A stretch of 64,000 nucleotides of DNA, from the NCBI GenBank assembly GCA_016748015.1, contig JAAOMT010000708.1, positions 62,001 through 126,000 on the forward strand, written 5' to 3'. Shown in pieces: positions 59,988 to 64,000 of the stretch; positions within the stretch are counted from its first letter, which is position 1; each line of letters starts with the position of its first letter. The notes under the pieces are model-generated. The model was given only the letters and a program-made list of their open reading frames with translations. It ran no database searches and was not told where the DNA came from. The DNA is from Geosiphon pyriformis uo1. Taxonomy: Eukaryota > Fungi > Glomeromycota. Both the position numbers and the translations under genes were made by a program.

Positions 59988-62105
59988 TTACCGTGAGGTC
60001 GTATTGGTGATGCTACGAGAGGTTAAATTAAATCGATGAGATATCTCTTTCCACAAAATCTGTCGTTCATCTATAACAGAACCGCCAAGAACACTGTTAT
60101 TTTCTTGGGCCCGCCGTATAAGAAATGGGATTACTTGGTTGATCTTTTGATTAGTAAATTGAATTTAGTACAGTATTTGAAGGGTGATGAAGCTAATGAT
60201 TATTAAGGATCACAATTACCTGACCATACGTGATATTTTTGTAAACTGGATATCCATTATGACTAAGAGTGTAAGTTATTTGATCTCGCATGCCTAAAAA
60301 GAGGATTTCAAGCCTAGGATTAGTAAAAATCTTGTTATCAAATATTTGATCGACATTATATACCTAAAAGCTGTCCAAATAGTACGAAGCCGGATTGAGG
60401 GGATATTTCAAGGGTTTTCATCAAGATATCTGCCTTAATTACTGATTCTTTGTTGTGAGAAGCGATCATAAACACGACCGGGATATTGGATATGTTTAAA
60501 GGCTTTGAAGCGGTTATCTGCGCCTCGTGTATTTTCTTTAACAAAAACTCTACGCCATTATTATAGGAAGAATGCGTATCTTCTAAAGTCTCATGAATTG
60601 GATCAGGAATCTGTTCGGTGGCGGCACGTTTACGCTCGCTTGTCATGTAAGCGCCGCGCACGAGTTTTGATGCAAAAGTAAAATTTCGACGACGCGATTG
60701 TTCATAGTGCTTAACCAGTCGTTGACCAGAATCTTTCAAATACATCTGATAAGTGATAAATACTATTGGGCCGTGAAGGCTATTCGGCCTGTTATGTTTG
60801 GCAGCAAGTTGCATCGCAATGTAATCAATAGCAGGTTGAAAATGTGTTTGTTCGGCATCTATAAGAAGCCGAACGTTTCTTTCTTTAGCAAACTCGCATA
60901 AATTATCAAGACGTCTCAGAATTTGGTCATAGTCTTTTAAATCGGCTAAAGTAAGATATGGTATATTGTCAAGAAAAATTTCGCGAGTACGTTCATCAGC
61001 TAAAGAAAAAATATTAGTATACTCATCAAAGTCGATCATTCCATCCTTGTCTGAATCAGCTTGAGCGAATAAATCTTCGACAATACTATCAGAGTTCATG
61101 ATGTTAAGGTTGTGAAGTATGTTAAGGAAATTAGACTTGGATAATTTTTCATCCTTGACGTGGTGCTGGAAAGCTTTGGACAAGTCGATCAATAATCGAG
61201 ATAATCGCTGCAAGACGACAGGGTTTACCAGACCAGTCAATTTAAGAGCTGTAAAGTTATTGGGCTGAACAGAGGCTGCTTGAACACATTTGATGTTCAT
61301 ATCTGCGACGTGATCAGCTCGTGAATTCCACTGCTTTCGAAAAATTTCATCATTTTGATCCATAGATTCATCATACAGGTCTGCTTCAATAGATAGCTCA
61401 AGAATAGATCCAATTCCACTTTTTTGCAAATTTAAGATCGTAGTCACACATTCTTCAGCGGTTTCTCCGCTATTCAAAATCGGCATTAATTAAATTGAAT
61501 CTGAAAAGATTTATAGTAATGTTTCCTTACCTGCAAAATTGAGCAAAAAAACTCTTTTTGATAAACCAATACATTAGGCTGCCAAGATGAAACTTTTCCC
61601 CTAACGAAATCAAATCACCCGCCCGATCTACCAAAATTTGGAAAGAGCAAAGATTGTAAACGAGCAATGATCGTATTAATTCTCCGGTAGATTTATTCTG
61701 AAAAGCGATACGAGTGTTGTCAAAGTCAAGTTCTTCCATCGGAGGAATCGAAGTAGGTTGAGTAAGAGCTAAATTGACATTCAAGTAGAAGAAGGTTGCG
61801 AGAGTTCCTGCTCCAAGTGCTGAACTTGAAATTTTTACCAAACCAAATTTCCGCTTATTTAAAGCTGCACCCCTTGAAATCCCTTCTTTTGTACGGAAAA
61901 ATCCAAGGCGACTAATTAAAGCGGGATTTGACGAGACCTGACGTAAAAAAATATTCGAGTAACCAAAGTAGTATAGTTTAGTGTACCTTGTTGAGCTCGA
62001 TTTAAAGAATGTAGTGTTATGAATAGAGGAGAACACTCGAGAAAACTGGGTTATATTCGCAAAGTTGCGTTTGATTAGGCGAAAATCCGCAGACCGACAG
62101 TACAT
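59988..62105 (-). CDS. PUT1: Mitochondrial proline dehydrogenase family protein with EF-hand insert, ~636 aa; exons 62105-61531, 61469-60364, 60293-60220, 60143-59988
   Basis: FAQFCSGET, ALKLTGL, LIDAEQT, TYQMYLKD, KLVRGAYM, ASHN, FGQLLGM, LIRRAQEN; GT-AG introns keep the frame (1911 nt); basic, hydroxylated N-terminal presequence. Confidence 0.93.
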
Positions 62106-62842
62106 TATCAGGCAGACGAAGAATTTCGCCTTCGGTGTAATTTTCTGGTTGCTGAAGTTGCATAGCTTTTAAGTTTGAAGTTTTATCAATTATTTTGAAT
62201 CATTAAAATTGTATATCAAAACTAAATGAAAAACTTAAATATGTAATACATATAATTTTTTTTCAATAAAGAAATACAATTTAATACAAAAAAACTAAAA
62301 TATTAACACATTTATTTAAAAAATTGGGTTTAAAATGTTTTTTTAATAAAATGCTTAATATTAAATTTGTAAAATAATAATATGTAATAATATTAATTAT
62401 GTAAGTAAAAAAAAATTATTGATTTGTAAAATTATAATGTATTTATACCTGAACATAGAATTATTGTGTAATATTATTGTTGATTATTAGTAAATAAACT
62501 GGACCTAAATAATAAGTTTTTTATTTCATACAAATTCTTAATAAGTTATTGCCTTTTACTTTAGTCACCCATAATATACTGTAAATGGTATGATCAGATT
62601 ATTCGGAAAAACAGAATTCCAAGCGAATCAATTGCTTCTCACATGGAAAACAAGCCTCGCCGATTCTTACAGTCGCATGGCTTTTGTTGCATATAGATTC
62701 TATGTAGATTATAAATTTTGAACATTTTGCTATTAGTTATTTTATTTTCGCTAAAAAAAGTGCTGCTGATTTATTGCATTTTTTACATACATCATACTAG
62801 TATTATTAACTTTGAGAACACCTTACCTGAAAACATTCTTCG

Positions 62843-63150
62843 ATGAGCATAGTAAATCCCGAAATAAACCAACCGGTTGACGAAAAACAACCATATATTG
62901 AAGAAAGAGAAAGGAATCTGCAAGTCCAAGAAAAAAGTGTACCCGATGAAACTGAATACAACGAAAAGATGCAGTTTTCGAACGAAGACACCCCTAATAC
63001 AGTTGAAAACGTGGTAAAACAACAAAACTTGTCAATAAAGCCTTCACTACAACAAGATTTACCTTTCGATTTCAATCGTTTCATTGAACAAATAAAACAT
63101 CGACGTGCCGAACAAATTAATCTACTTTTAAAAAGGTAGAGTGTTGCTCC

Positions 63151-63192
<42 letters not shown>

Positions 63193-64000
63193 TTCGGTCA
63201 ACTTTAAGCGATTTCACAACTCGTCCCACTATTTTTCTGCTAGGTTCCAAAGAGAATTTGAGCGAAAACCTTTCACAATCAATGAACAGATAAGAATTGT
63301 TCATGATTTCTTAGAAGTATATTTCAAAATTTTTTTAATTCGCTCCTTTCAATTCAATTCGATTCAATTTAATAAATATTTTGGATTATTTTCACTATTC
63401 TATAGTTTATACCGAAAAAAATGAGGGAGTGCGAAATATGGCGTGACGTATCTGATCAAGAATTTGAAAATGCCAAAGAAGGAATGGAAAAACTAGTGAT
63501 GAATAGGCTATACACATTGTAAGATGAGTTTGGGCACCTTCTGAACTACATTATAATTTAACAATCGGATGACCACATTCACAGAACTTTTGCGCCAGCG
63601 ATTCAAGGGCCAGTCACTAGCGATGATCGAGAACGGGACGAAATCCTCCATCAAAAAATTCAAATATTTCGTTGGGTGAGAGAAGAACATTTGGACATTA
63701 CTCCAACTGCGCACAATCATTCATTTCTTGGGCTTGCCCGAGATGGTAATAGGAATAAAATTATTTCTCAAAAGAGCTTCTTTCATTGTTTCAACCTTGT
63801 ATAAAAATAATCATTCTTGTAACTTATAGAGTTATTAAAAATAAATGGCTACAAAGCCCCTCGCGATAAGCTTATCTGTATTTTGAATTGCTGTAAGGTT
63901 ATATTTCGTAAGTCACCTTTTTTTGTAAATCGATGTGAGTTTTGGAATATTTTTCAGGTCGACTCACGTTTTTTATTTTTTCTTTCAACAGGATTAATTA
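62843..64000 (+). CDS. VPS9: VPS9-domain Rab5 GEF (5' part); exons 62843-63135, 63244-63316, 63406-63518, 63585-63745, 63830-63907, 63992->
   Basis: PFDFNRFIEQ, EGMEKLVMNRLY, WVREEHLDI, ELLKINGYKAPRDKLICILNCCKVIF; GT-AG introns in frame. Confidence 0.92.
63153..63190. repeat. (TTA)n microsatellite in VPS9 intron 1
   Basis: About 12 TTA units. Confidence 0.9.

Overview
Eukaryotic, AT-rich fungal sequence. Intron style, gene content and TE families suggest an early-diverging fungus, probably Glomeromycota/Mucoromycota (inference). Bases 1-~58,100 are a nested retrotransposon graveyard. It holds two related Ty3/Gypsy LTR families (A and B; TGTTAC...GTAACA ends, 4-bp TSDs) with an unusual layout: Gag-PR-[conserved Cys-rich domain]-dUTPase-RT-RNaseH-IN(GPY/F)-[conserved 3' accessory ORF]. 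It also holds five copies of an RNase H-containing LINE family (ORF1 with CCHC knuckle; ORF2 APE-RT-RNaseH-zf) with stop/start-overlapping ORFs and conserved 5' and 3' hairpins. All TE copies show graded, two-stranded C>T/G>A hypermutation that is not limited to CpG. From ~58,800 on is CpG-rich host gene space: RPL43 (GC-AG intron), a proline dehydrogenase with an EF-hand insert and a substituted specificity tyrosine, and the 5' part of VPS9. Three assembly gaps (N runs) are present. All alignments, translations and counts were done by eye.
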